DNA of 64,000 nucleotides from NCBI GenBank assembly GCA_963702475.1, contig CAVPCT010000007.1, positions 22,202-86,201 of the forward strand, in the 5' to 3' direction. The position numbers were made by a program, and so were the translations under genes. The notes below the pieces were generated by a model that saw only the letters and a list, made by a program, of their open reading frames with translations, ran no database searches and was not told the DNA's origin. The stretch is from an uncultured Thermoleophilia bacterium. Its GTDB lineage: Bacteria > Actinomycetota > Thermoleophilia > UBA2241. Positions 51,006 to 61,141 of this stretch are shown piece by piece (within the stretch, counting starts at the first letter, position 1; each line of letters begins with the position of its first letter).

Positions 51006-53073
51006 ATGGTCACGGTCAAGGTGGATCCGGCACGCTTCGCGCGCCTGCTGGACCCGCGCTCGATCGCCGTCTTCGGCGGCGCGCAGGCTCAGGAGGTCAT
51101 CAAGCAGTGCGACCTCATGGGCTACGACGGGGAGATCTGGCCCGTGCACCCCAAGAAGGACGAGATCATGGGGCGTGCGGTGCATCGCTCGGTGGACGAG
51201 CTCCCCGGCAGCCCCGACGCGGCTTACGTCGGCGTGAACCGCAACCTCACGATCGACATCATGCGCGGCCTCTCCGCGCTGGACGCCGGCGGCGCGGTCT
51301 CCTACGCCACCGGGTTCGCCGAGGCTGGAGAGGAGGGCGCCGAGCTCACGCGGCAGCTGCTCGAGGCCTGCGGCGACATGGTCCTTGTCGGGCCCAACTG
51401 CTACGGGCTGCTCAACTACGTGAGCGGGGCCATGCTCTGGCCCGACCAGCAGGGGGGCAAGCGGGTCGAACGTGGCGTCGCCATCATCACGGCGTCGTCA
51501 AACGTGGGCTTCAACCTCACCATGCAGCGCCGCGGCCTGCCCATCGCCTACATGGTCTCGCTCGGCAACCGCCTCAAGCTCGACTTGCACGACGCCATCG
51601 AGCTCTTCGCGCGCCAGGAGCAGGTCACTGCCATCGGGCTGTACCTGGAGGCGCTGCCCGATCCGGCCACGTTCCAGCGCGCGGTCGACGTGGCGCGCGA
51701 GCTCGGCAAGCCCGTCGTCGCCATCAAGACGGGACGCTCGCAGGTGGCCCAGCAGGTGGTCATGTCCCACACGGCTTCGCTGGCCGGTTCGGACGAGCTG
51801 GTCGACGCGCTGTTCGCGCGTCTCGGCGTGGCGCGCGTCGACTCGCTGGAGGCGCTGATCGAGGCGCTCAAGGTGCTGCATGTGCTCGGGCCGCTGAAGG
51901 GCGGGCGCATCGCCGCGATGAGCACCTCCGGCGGGGACCTCACGCTGCTCGCCGACGCGCTCAAGCCGGGGCTGACGCTGCCGCCGCTCTCGCCGCAGGC
52001 GACGGAGCGGCTGCGCGCGGTCGTGCACGAGCGCGTCGTCCCGTCCAATCCCTTCGACTACCAGATGTTCTCGTGGGACGACGACGACGCCAACGCGGCC
52101 ATCTTCGGCGCGCTGCTCTCGGACGACTTCGACGTCGCCCTGTGCCTGCTCGACTACCCGCGCGCCGACAAGTGCGACCAGTCCACCTGGGGCGGCGCGG
52201 AGCGGGGCTTCGTCCGCGCCGCCAACGCCACCGGCACCAAGGGCGCCGTCATGGCGACGTTCTCCGACACCTGCTCCGAAGCACGTAGCCGAACGTCTCA
52301 TGGAGGACGGCGTGGCCATGCTCGCGGGCATCGACGGCGGCGTGGCGGCCGTGAAGGCGGCCTGCGACGTCGGCGCCGCCTGGGCGCGGCCGCCGGCGCA
52401 GCCGCTCCTCACCGACCCCGGCCGCGTCCCGGGCGCGGTGGACGTCCTCGACGAGGCCGCGTCCAAGGCCGTGCTGGCCGGGCATGGCGTCCCCGTCCCG
52501 GCCTCACGCGTGGCGCACACGACCGAGGAGGCCGTCGCCGCGGCCGAGGAGCTCGGCTATCCCGTGGTGGTCAAGGCTCTCGGCGTGGCGCACAAGTCGG
52601 ACGTGGGCGGGGTGCGTCTCGACCTGCGCAGCGCGGAGGAGGTCGCTGAGGCGCTCGACCTCATGGCCGGTCTCTCCGAGTCGTACCTCGTCGAGCGCAT
52701 GGTCGAGGACGCCGTGACCGAGCTCATCATCGGCGTGACGCGCGACCCGCAGTTCGGTCCCTACCTGGTGGTCGGCGGCGGCGGCATCCTCGTCGAACTG
52801 ATGAAGGACAGTGCTTCTCTGCTGCTGCCGGTCACGAGGGAACACGTGCTCGAGGCGCTCGGCGCGCTGCAGTGCGCCCCGCTCCTGAACTGCTTCCGCG
52901 GGTGCCCGCAGGCGGACCTCAACGCCGCTGCCGACGTGGTCATGGCGGTGGCCACCATGGTGGAGAAAGACCCCGGGGCGGTCGCCGAGCTGGACATCAA
53001 CCCCCTGCTCGTGCTCGAGCAGGGCAAGGGCGCCGTGGCGGCCGACGCCCTGGTCAGACTGAACGCGGAGTGA
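51006..53073 (+). CDS. NDP-forming acyl-CoA synthetase (CoA-binding + ATP-grasp), +1 frameshift near 52280
   Basis: PRSIAVFG, GPNCYG, SHTASLAG, STSGG, NPFD; then GYPVVVK, HKSDVGGV, DPQFG, ELDINP in the next frame. Confidence 0.88.
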
Positions 53074-53078
53074 GGCAC

Positions 53079-54467
53079 ATGAGCAGCGACGGCCTGAAAG
53101 AGCGCATCATCGCCCGGGCGAAGGAGGAGGGGGCCGCGGCGGCCGGCATCGTCCGCATCGCCGATCTCAAGAACGCCCCATCGTACCCCGCCTACGACGC
53201 CGACCCGTTCTACCCCGAGTACGAGGGCGTGGAGTGGAAGGACGAGTTCGAGTCCATGCTGGTCTGGGGGCTGCCGCACCCGGCGGCCGAGCCTGTCCTC
53301 GACTGGTGGAGTCTCAAGGTCAAGGGCTTCACGCCGGGTAACCGCGAACTGGCGGCGCAGTCGAAGCGGCTGCGCGTCTGGATGAACGAAGAGCTCGGCA
53401 TGGGTGCGCTGTCCCTGCCCTACCAGATCGAGTACGGCGGCGCTTTTCTCAAGGACGCCGCCGTCCTCGCCGGCCTGGGCGTGATCGGCAGGAACAACCT
53501 CGTCGTGACGCCGGAGTACGGGCCGCGCATCCGCTGGCGCGGCATCTTCATGGCGGCCGACCTGGAGCCGACAGGCCCGCTGGAAGGGTTCGACCCCTGC
53601 ACCGGATGCGCCGAGCCGTGCAGGACGGCGTGCCCCAAGGTCGCCTTTGGCGGCGGCACGTTCGAGCGCTCTCTCTGCAAGCAGCGGCAGGACCAGCTCG
53701 ATGTGGACTTCGAGGTGATGGACGGCGCGGTGTTCGGCATCGAGGAGGCGGGCAACGTCACCGAGTACTGCCGCGTGTGTGAGCTGGCCTGCCCGGTGGC
53801 GCCGGACTACAGACACGCCGACGTCGCCGCGGCCGGGGAGGCCATCACCTCCGCCGACCAGACGGCGTTCGTCCTGTCCGACGAGCGGTGGGTGGCCTTC
53901 ACCGAGCTTCTCGGCGGCAAGTCGACGGTGATCCCGGCGCTCGCCGAAGCCGCCGCGTCCGTGGAGACCGCCGCCGACGTCCGCGCGCTTGCGGCCGCCG
54001 ACGACGTGGCCGCCTTCACCTGCGGGGAGCCGGCTCTGGACGAGTTCCTGGCGGAGCGCGCCCTGGCGGAGCAGCGCGCCGGCAAGACCCGGGTGCTGGC
54101 GCGCGACGGACGGCCGCTCGCCTACTTCAGCCTCAAGGCGGCGAGCGTGGGACCTCGCCCGGACACGAGGGTGCTTGCCGCCGGCAAGGGGCCTCGCGAG
54201 GTGCCGGCGGTCCTGCTGGCGCGTCTCGCGGTCGACAGCGCCGCGCAGGGTGCGGGTTTCGGCGAGGCGATGCTCCTCCAGGCCCTGAGCCGCAGCCTGC
54301 AGGCCTCCAGCACCATGTTCGCCCGGGCCGTGATCGCCGACGCTCCCACCGACGGGGCGCGAGGCTTCTACGAGAAGTACGGGTTCGTGCCGTGCCCGAC
54401 CGACCCGCGGCACCTGGTGCTGCGCATGAAGGACGTCCGCAAGAGCCTGACGCCGCCGGAGGAGTGA
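53079..54467 (+). CDS. Fusion of QueG/reductive-dehalogenase-like Fe-S domain, DUF1778-like peptide and TacT/AtaT-like GNAT acetyltransferase
   Basis: LKDAAVLAGLGVIGRNNL..TPEYG.R, CTGC..PC..ACP, CRVCELACP; ADQTAFVLSDERWVAFTELL; FTCGEPALDEFL, VPAVLLARLAVD..AQGAGFG, ARGFYEKYGF; one uninterrupted frame. Confidence 0.8.
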   Translation: MSSDGLKERIIARAKEEGAAAAGIVRIADLKNAPSYPAYDADPFYPEYEGVEWKDEFESMLVWGLPHPAAEPVLDWWSLKVKGFTPGNRELAAQSKRLRVWMNEELGMGALSLPYQIEYGGAFLKDAAVLAGLGVIGRNNLVVTPEYGPRIRWRGIFMAADLEPTGPLEGFDPCTGCAEPCRTACPKVAFGGGTFERSLCKQRQDQLDVDFEVMDGAVFGIEEAGNVTEYCRVCELACPVAPDYRHADVAAAGEAITSADQTAFVLSDERWVAFTELLGGKSTVIPALAEAAASVETAADVRALAAADDVAAFTCGEPALDEFLAERALAEQRAGKTRVLARDGRPLAYFSLKAASVGPRPDTRVLAAGKGPREVPAVLLARLAVDSAAQGAGFGEAMLLQALSRSLQASSTMFARAVIADAPTDGARGFYEKYGFVPCPTDPRHLVLRMKDVRKSLTPPEE

Positions 54468-54720
54468 CGGCCGCCGACGACGGGGCACGCGGCGGCGGGA
54501 CGCGGGGCCGGCCCCGCCGCCGCTCCCGCTCCCGACGGCCCTGCTCCGGCCGCCGCCCCGCCACCGCAGAGGCTCGCCCGCCGCCGCTCCGCCGCCGCAG
54601 ACGCCGCAGCTTGACAGCGGCGGAGCCCGCCGGAGAGAGTGTCCGCCGACTGACCGGTCGACCTGTTGTTCCTCGACGCGCGCGTGGACCGCGGCGCGAG
54701 GGGGCGAAAGGAGAGCTCAC

Positions 54721-56154
54721 GTGAAGTGCCGTCAGAGCTGGCTGAGCGCGAGCGAGCGCGACCTCATCATCGAGTCGGCCATGGCCGTGCTCGAGCGCGT
54801 GGGCATGGGCCTCAAGGGCGCGGCCATCCTCGGCCCACTGGAGGAGCGCGGCGCGCGGGTCGACCACGAGACCGGCATCGTGCGTATGCCTGAGGCCCTC
54901 GTCCGGGAAGCTCTGGCGAGCCTGCCGGAGACGATGGTGATGGCGGGCGCGACCGAGGCGCAGGACGTTGTCTTCGACAGGTGCAACGGTCCGCACTTCA
55001 ATCCGTCGGCCTGTATCGCGAAAACGCTCGACTTCCGCACCGGCAAGGTCAGGCCCTCCACCCTGCAGGACATCCGTGAGGGCTCCACGGTCATGGACGC
55101 CACACCCGAGCTCGATCTGATGTGGACGTTCGCGACGGCGAACGACGTCGCCGTGGAACGCCGCGAGTTGCAGGAGTACCACGCCTACCTCACCAACACG
55201 TCGAAGCCGCTGGTGTTCGTGGACTGCCCCGGTGAGACGGCGCCGGTGAAGCGCATCATGGAGGTCCTCAGCGGCAGCCTCGAGGCGCACCGTGAGCGGC
55301 CGCGGCTCGGGCTGCTTTGTGCGGTCCGCGCACCGCTCGAGGTGAACACCCGCCTGCTCGACGCCACCTGCGAGCTCGCGCAGGCCGGCATGCCGATCTT
55401 CGCCTACTCCATGACCATGCTCGGCGCCACGTCGCCGATCACGGTGGCCGGCACCCTTGCGCAGCTGTGGGCCGAGCTCCTGGGCATGGTCACCGTGGTG
55501 CAGACGGCTTCCCCCGGCACGGCCATGCTGCTCTGCTGCGGCCCCGGCATCCTGGACATGCGCACCGGCTCCATGTCACTGGGCTCACCGGAGAACACGC
55601 TCTTGGGGGTCGCCTCGGTGGAGATCGGCCACCACCTCGGTCTGCCGGTCCACAACTCCGGTCTCTCGAGCGACGCCAAGCACCCGGGACTGCAGGCGGG
55701 CTACGAGAAGGGCATGAAAGCCCTGCCGGCGGCGCTGGCCGGGGTCGACCTCATCAGCGGGGGCTTCGGCGCGCTCGACTCGTCGAGTGTGTGGCACCTG
55801 CCCATGGTGCCCATCGACGCCGAGGTGGCGCGGCTGGTCAAGCGTCTCGTCGCCGGCGCGGAGATCACGCCGGAGACGGTGATGCTCGACGTGATCGAGC
55901 GCGTCGGCGTGGGCGGCAACTACCTCAAGGAGAAAGTCACGCGTGAGCGCGTGCGCGCAGGCGAGCACTTCCAGCCGGTGATCGGCAGCCGCCTTCCCTT
56001 CGAGCAGTGGGTCGCGGAGGGCCGCCAGGAGCTGGACGAGGCGCGCGATATTGTTGAGGGTGCGCTGGCGGCCAGGGAGGCCGAAGGCGGCGGCTCGCTG
56101 CTGAGCGACGACCAGCTCGCCGCCCTGGCCGACATCTGCGGCGCCGCCGACTGA
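54721..56154 (+). CDS. MttB-superfamily methyltransferase without pyrrolysine (MtgB-like)
   Basis: GATSPITVAGTL, DMRTG...GSPE, LPVHNSGL-S-SDAK (Ser at the Pyl site), AGYEK; RBS AAGGAG; TTGACA at 54611. Confidence 0.9.
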   Translation: MKCRQSWLSASERDLIIESAMAVLERVGMGLKGAAILGPLEERGARVDHETGIVRMPEALVREALASLPETMVMAGATEAQDVVFDRCNGPHFNPSACIAKTLDFRTGKVRPSTLQDIREGSTVMDATPELDLMWTFATANDVAVERRELQEYHAYLTNTSKPLVFVDCPGETAPVKRIMEVLSGSLEAHRERPRLGLLCAVRAPLEVNTRLLDATCELAQAGMPIFAYSMTMLGATSPITVAGTLAQLWAELLGMVTVVQTASPGTAMLLCCGPGILDMRTGSMSLGSPENTLLGVASVEIGHHLGLPVHNSGLSSDAKHPGLQAGYEKGMKALPAALAGVDLISGGFGALDSSSVWHLPMVPIDAEVARLVKRLVAGAEITPETVMLDVIERVGVGGNYLKEKVTRERVRAGEHFQPVIGSRLPFEQWVAEGRQELDEARDIVEGALAAREAEGGGSLLSDDQLAALADICGAAD

Positions 56155-56211
56155 CGGCGAGCCGGCTACGGCCGGTGGGGGCGGCTGTGGCCGCCGCCGC
56201 GCCGGCCGCCT

Positions 56212-56682
56212 CTACGCCGTCGAGTCCTCCGACACGGGCCACCCGGCGTCGGGCTTGACCTCGGAGTAGACGAGCATGGTCTCGACGCGATCGACGCCGG
56301 GAATCGCGGCGATGTCGTGCTTGACCACCTCCCCGAGGTGCTCGAGGTCCCTGACGGCGACGTGGAGGAGGTAGTCGAACCGCCCGGCAACGTGGTAGCA
56401 GGCGCGGACCTCGGGCAGGGCCCGCACGCCCTCTTCGAACTCCGCGATGCAGTCTGTGCCATGGCGCACCAGCTCGGCGGCGACGAACGCCTGCAGGCCT
56501 ATCCCGAGGCTGCCGGCCGCGATGATTGCGCGATACCCCTGGATGTGGCCCTCTTGCTGCAGGCGCCGCACACGCTCCGACATCGCCGACTGGGACAGTC
56601 CCAGCGTCTCCGCCAGTCGTGCGTTGGTGAGGCTGCCGTCTTCCTGCAGCTTCACCAGGATCCGCCGGTCGAGATCGTCCAC
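56212..56682 (-). CDS. Lrp/AsnC family regulator
   Basis: DDLDRRILVKLQEDGSLTNARLAETLGLSQSAMSERVRRL; GRFDYLL. Confidence 0.92.
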   Translation of the reverse strand: MDDLDRRILVKLQEDGSLTNARLAETLGLSQSAMSERVRRLQQEGHIQGYRAIIAAGSLGIGLQAFVAAELVRHGTDCIAEFEEGVRALPEVRACYHVAGRFDYLLHVAVRDLEHLGEVVKHDIAAIPGVDRVETMLVYSEVKPDAGWPVSEDSTA

Positions 56683-57081
56683 GTCACCCCCGTTCGCGTG
56701 CTTGCCGCATGATATGCCCATCCGTGACGCGTCGCACGTCCCGTAGGACGTGCACGAGAACACAGATTAGCACGTCTGAACTCCAGTCAATGGTATCAAT
56801 CACAGGAGAAATCGCGGAACAGGCGTTGACGAACCGCACGTCCTCTCCATATCATCGGAGGCGCACGGTAGCGGGCGCGCAGGGATCGCGCCGCTGCGGG
56901 CCCAGGCGCGTCGGTGTCTTCCGTATCGCCCATGCTGCGGCGCGCTTCCGTACCATCAAAGGAAGCGAAATGGCACGATTCGTTGGAGAAGGCGAGTGAT
57001 TCCGCCGTTCTCGCTTGCGATTCCGTCATTGGTTCTTGTCCCGCTCGCGAGTGGGTGCTACTGTGCTGCGACCACTCGTTG

Positions 57082-57111
57082 TTGACAAGCCGGAGCACGG
57101 GCTTCTAGAGT
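57082..57111 (+). promoter_or_regulatory. Candidate sigma-70-type promoter for the ABC operon
   Basis: TTGACA-18 nt-TAGAGT; a second candidate TTGACG-18 nt-TATCAT at 56826-56855. Confidence 0.45.
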
Positions 57112-57449
57112 GCCTTCCATCTTGTCGAACCACCCGGGCGGATACATTCGCCGTCTGAGGCGGCCGCGAGTGGGGCGGACGGTGCACGGCAAAGCCGGTC
57201 AAGGGGGTCGAGCGGGATCGGACGATCAGTGTGTGGGGGGAGCGCCGCGGTCCGCGGGATCGGCGGGCCGCAACCGCCACAGCCGCATGGACTTCGTCCG
57301 GGCCACGGCCGGGACGACAGATGGCGGAACGGCGTCCTCCGGGGAGATGGCTTGGCGACCGCCGCCGCGTCTCGCGCGGCCGCGGGCCGCTTGGTCACCC
57401 GGACGGCGACGGTAACGAGTCGGCAAGAACGCGACAGGGGGACGACATC

Positions 57450-59111
57450 GTGACTGATCAGGAGAAGCAGACAGGGTTCGAGGTGGGCGAGATCCGCGAG
57501 ATCGTCCACGACAAGCGCGTCACACGCCGCGACGTGCTCAAGGGCGCGGCGGCCATGGGCGCCGTCGCGGCCTTCGGCTCCGTGGCGGCTGCGTGCGGCA
57601 GCAGCGAGGAGTCGGGGGGCGAGGCCTCGCCGGCGGCCTCCGAGTCAGCCGCTGCGGGCCCCAAGAAGGGCGGCGACCTCAAGGTAGGCATCGGCGGCGG
57701 CTCCGCCAAGGATACCCTTGACGCGATGGTCGCCACCAGCGAGACGCAGATCGACTACCAGTTCATGCTCTACGACTCGCTGCTGGGGTGGGATCCGGAG
57801 CACAATATCGTCAATCTCCTCGCTGAGGAGTACTCACCCAACGCAGACGGCACCGTGCACACGGTGAAGCTCAAGCCGGACCTCACCTTCCACGACGGCT
57901 CGCCGGTCAATGCCGACGCCGTGGTGTACAGCTTCCAGCGCATCCTCGACCCCAAGACGGCGGCCGCCGGCGCTGACCAGCTCGTCGGCCTCTCGCCGAG
58001 CGGCATCAAGAAGATCGACGACCTCACGGTGGAGTTCGCGCTGGACAGGGCCAACGTGATCTTCTACGAGGCCATCGCCTACTACAACAACGCCATCGTG
58101 CCGGTCGGCTACGCGCCCAAGGGCGCCGACGGCGCCAACGGCACCGGCCCCTGGATGGTGACCAGCTTCTCGCCGGGTCAGCAGCTCGAGCTCGCGGCGA
58201 ACCCCAACTACTGGGGTGATGGGCCGTATTGCGACACCTGCACGCTGCTCAACTTCGCCGACCCGACGGCCAAGCTCAACGCGCTGCTGGGCGGCACCGT
58301 CGACTACCTGACCCTCGTCGACAGTACCCAGGTCGGCACCCTGCAGGCTACGCCGGGCTACAAGGTCCTCGAGGCCAAGACCGGCGGCTGGAAGCCGTTC
58401 ACGATGCGCGTCGACGTGAAGCCGTTCACCGACGAGAAGGTCCGTCAGGCCTTCCGCCTCATCGTCGACCGCCAGCAGATGATCGACCAGGCCATGGGCG
58501 GTTTCGCCTGGATGGGCAACGACATGTACGGCGTGTTCGACCCCGGGTTTCCCCAAGACCTGCCGCAGCGAGACCAGGACCTGGAGCAGGCCAAGTCGCT
58601 GCTCAAGTCAGCCGGCTTCGACGGCGACCTCTCCGTGGAGCTCATCTGCTCGACGGCCACCGGCGCCGGCGACGTGCAGGCAGCCCAGGTGTTCGCACAG
58701 CAGGCCAAGGGCGCCGGCGTGAACGTCAAGGTCAAGCAGGTCGACCCGAGCGTGTTCTACGGCGACGACTACCTCAAGTGGGTCTTCGCGATGGACTTCT
58801 GGGGCTACCGCAACTACCTGCCCCAGGCCGCGGTGGGCAGCTACCCGGGCGCCGTGTGGAACGAGACCCACTGGAACGACCCCGAGTGGATCAAGCTCTA
58901 CGACGAGGCAGTGCAGACCGTCGACGACACCAAGCGCAACGAGCTCATCGCGCAGATGAGCACCATCGAGTACGACAAGGGCGGTTACATCATCTACCAG
59001 TTCAACGTGCTGCAGGACGCCTATACCGACAAGGTGACCGGCGCGGTGGCCGACAACTGGGGCGCCGAGGCCGCCAACAAGATGCGCTTCAATCTCATGT
59101 CCTTCGTGTGA
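57450..59111 (+). CDS. ABC transporter substrate-binding protein family 5 (Opp/Dpp), Tat lipoprotein
   Basis: TRRDVLK twin-arginine motif, VAAAC lipobox; LKPDLTFHDGSP, GTGPW, VRQAF. Confidence 0.93.
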   Translation: MTDQEKQTGFEVGEIREIVHDKRVTRRDVLKGAAAMGAVAAFGSVAAACGSSEESGGEASPAASESAAAGPKKGGDLKVGIGGGSAKDTLDAMVATSETQIDYQFMLYDSLLGWDPEHNIVNLLAEEYSPNADGTVHTVKLKPDLTFHDGSPVNADAVVYSFQRILDPKTAAAGADQLVGLSPSGIKKIDDLTVEFALDRANVIFYEAIAYYNNAIVPVGYAPKGADGANGTGPWMVTSFSPGQQLELAANPNYWGDGPYCDTCTLLNFADPTAKLNALLGGTVDYLTLVDSTQVGTLQATPGYKVLEAKTGGWKPFTMRVDVKPFTDEKVRQAFRLIVDRQQMIDQAMGGFAWMGNDMYGVFDPGFPQDLPQRDQDLEQAKSLLKSAGFDGDLSVELICSTATGAGDVQAAQVFAQQAKGAGVNVKVKQVDPSVFYGDDYLKWVFAMDFWGYRNYLPQAAVGSYPGAVWNETHWNDPEWIKLYDEAVQTVDDTKRNELIAQMSTIEYDKGGYIIYQFNVLQDAYTDKVTGAVADNWGAEAANKMRFNLMSFV

Positions 59112-59135
59112 GCATCTGCCAAGCGAGCTGAGTCA

Positions 59136-59170
59136 GGGCGGAGCCGGCGCTGCAGGCGCCGGCTCCGCCC
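59136..59170 (+). terminator. Perfect 15-bp stem-loop after the SBP gene (terminator or mRNA stabiliser)
   Basis: GGGCGGAGCCGGCGC-TGCAG-GCGCCGGCTCCGCCC. Confidence 0.65.
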
Positions 59171-59194
59171 GCACCCTAAGGAGGTCGGCGGGCA

Positions 59195-60157
59195 GTGCCA
59201 CCGTTGTTGAAGATCATCCTGCGTCGCGTCGGGCTGGGCATCCTGACCCTGTTCCTGGTCTCGGTCCTCGTGTTCGCGGCCACGCAGGCGCTTCCCGGCG
59301 ACACGGCGCGCGCCATCCTTGGCCGGGACGCCTCGCCCGAGCGCCTCAAGGAGGTGCGCGCCCGGCTGGGGCTCGACAGGCCGGCGTACGTCCAGTACGG
59401 CGAGTGGCTTGGCGACATCGTGAGGGGAGATCTCGGTGATTCGCTGGTCGCCCAGCAGCCGGTCATGACGCTCCTCGGCAACCGCGTGATGAACTCCGCC
59501 GCGCTCGTGTTCGTCGCGGCCATCATCAGCATCCCGATCTCCATCCTCATCGGCAGCGTGAGCGGCTTGTTACGCGACAGACCCTTCGACACCGGCGTGT
59601 CCCTCGGTAGCCTTGCCCTGGCCGCCCTGCCCGAGTTCGTGATCGGCATCCTGCTGATCATGCTGCTGGCCACGCAGGTGTTCCACATCTTCCCGGCCGT
59701 CTCGCGCGTGACCCCGGGCGAGTCCATCTGGAGCCAGATGGACATGCTCATCCTGCCGGCGCTCACGCTGATCCTGGCTGTGGCCCCGTACATCATCCGC
59801 ATCCTGCGCGCCTCCATGATCGAGGTGCTCGAGAGCGAGTACGTGCAGATGGCGCGCCTCAAGGGCATGCCCGAGAGCATCGTTCTGCGTCGTCACGCCC
59901 TCCCGAACGCAGTCATCCCCGCCATCCAGGTCATCGCCCTGAACCTCGCCTGGCTGGCCGGCGGCGTCGTGGTGGTGGAGTACCTCTTCAACTACCCCGG
60001 CATCGGCTCGGGCCTGGTGGATGCGGTCGCCAACCGCGACGTGCCGGTCATCCAGGCCATCGTGCTGCTGATCGCCACCTTGTACGTCGGCTTCAACCTC
60101 ATCGCCGACATCCTCACGATCCTCGTCAGCCCCCGACTGAGGACGGGCCTGCAATGA
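59195..60157 (+). CDS. ABC permease (DppB/OppB-like)
   Basis: LPGD, GLDRP, GDLG.S, YVQMARLKG, HALPNA, RDVP. Confidence 0.93.
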   Translation: MPPLLKIILRRVGLGILTLFLVSVLVFAATQALPGDTARAILGRDASPERLKEVRARLGLDRPAYVQYGEWLGDIVRGDLGDSLVAQQPVMTLLGNRVMNSAALVFVAAIISIPISILIGSVSGLLRDRPFDTGVSLGSLALAALPEFVIGILLIMLLATQVFHIFPAVSRVTPGESIWSQMDMLILPALTLILAVAPYIIRILRASMIEVLESEYVQMARLKGMPESIVLRRHALPNAVIPAIQVIALNLAWLAGGVVVVEYLFNYPGIGSGLVDAVANRDVPVIQAIVLLIATLYVGFNLIADILTILVSPRLRTGLQ

Positions 60158-61140
60158 GCACCGACGCGTACGTCTTCAGAAGCGGCATGACCAGCGACCT
60201 GGACCTCGGCCCGGACGGGGGCATCTCCGAGCCCCTCGAGCCCGGCCTGCAGAAGGGGGTCGATTACACGCCGCCGGTCCGCGGCAAGAGGCGCCGCGCG
60301 GAGTGGGTGCAGCTGCTCTCGGACGCCATGCACTACCGGCGCACGCAGATCGGCCTCGCCCTTTTCCTGTTCATCGTGGCCATAGCCGTCATCGGGCCCT
60401 GGGTGGCGCCGCACTCGCCCTACGACTTCATCGTGGCGCCGTTCGCCAAGCCCAGCGACGTCGCCAAGCTGGGCGGCGACGTGCTCGGCCGCGACGTGCT
60501 CAGCCGCGTGCTCTACGGCGGCCGCTCCGTGCTCATCCTCTCGTTCATCGCCACCGCCATCGGCATGGTCATCGGCGTCTCGCTGGGCCTCTTCGCCGGC
60601 TATGCGCGCGCGGCCGTGGACGACGTCATCATGCGGCTGCTCGACGTGTTCCTCGCCTTCCCGCAGATCGTGCTGGTGTTGCTGCTGGTCTCGGTGCTGG
60701 GGCCGCGGCTGTGGCTGATCGTGCTCACGGTCGGACTCTCGCACGCGCCACGCATCGCCCGCGTGGCGCGAGGATCCACGCTCGAGGTCAAGGAACGCGA
60801 CTTCGTCAAGGCGGCGGAGTCGCTGGGTGTGTCGCGCATCAAGATCGCCTTCGGCGAGATCCTGCCGACCATCACGAGCCCGTTGTTCGTGGAGTTCGGC
60901 CTGCGTCTCACCTACTCCATCGGCCTGATCGCGGCCCTCAGCTTCCTCGGCTTCGGCATGCAGCCGCCGGCCTGCGACTGGGGCCTCATGATCAACGAGA
61001 ACCGCATCGGCCTCGTCATCCAGCCGTACTCGGTGTTCGTGCCGGTGGCGCTCATCGCCGTCCTCACGATCGGCGTGAACCTCGCCACCGACGGCATCTC
61101 GCGCGCCATGATCGGCATCGAGCGCGACACGGGGGCCTGA
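60154..61140 (+). CDS. ABC permease (DppC/OppC-like)
   Basis: GRDVLSRVLYG, DFVKAAESLG, LSFLGFG, DWG. Confidence 0.93.
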   Translation: MSTDAYVFRSGMTSDLDLGPDGGISEPLEPGLQKGVDYTPPVRGKRRRAEWVQLLSDAMHYRRTQIGLALFLFIVAIAVIGPWVAPHSPYDFIVAPFAKPSDVAKLGGDVLGRDVLSRVLYGGRSVLILSFIATAIGMVIGVSLGLFAGYARAAVDDVIMRLLDVFLAFPQIVLVLLLVSVLGPRLWLIVLTVGLSHAPRIARVARGSTLEVKERDFVKAAESLGVSRIKIAFGEILPTITSPLFVEFGLRLTYSIGLIAALSFLGFGMQPPACDWGLMINENRIGLVIQPYSVFVPVALIAVLTIGVNLATDGISRAMIGIERDTGA

Positions 61141-61141
61141 G

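Noticed and set aside
53079-53810. Calling the Fe-S domain a true queG or a reductive dehalogenase
   Set aside because: Only the shared core motifs are visible; there is no Tat signal or RdhB partner and the domain is short, so only a family-level call is made.
56971-56986. TGGCAC-like sigma-54 promoter
   Set aside because: The -12 TTGC element is absent at the required spacing.
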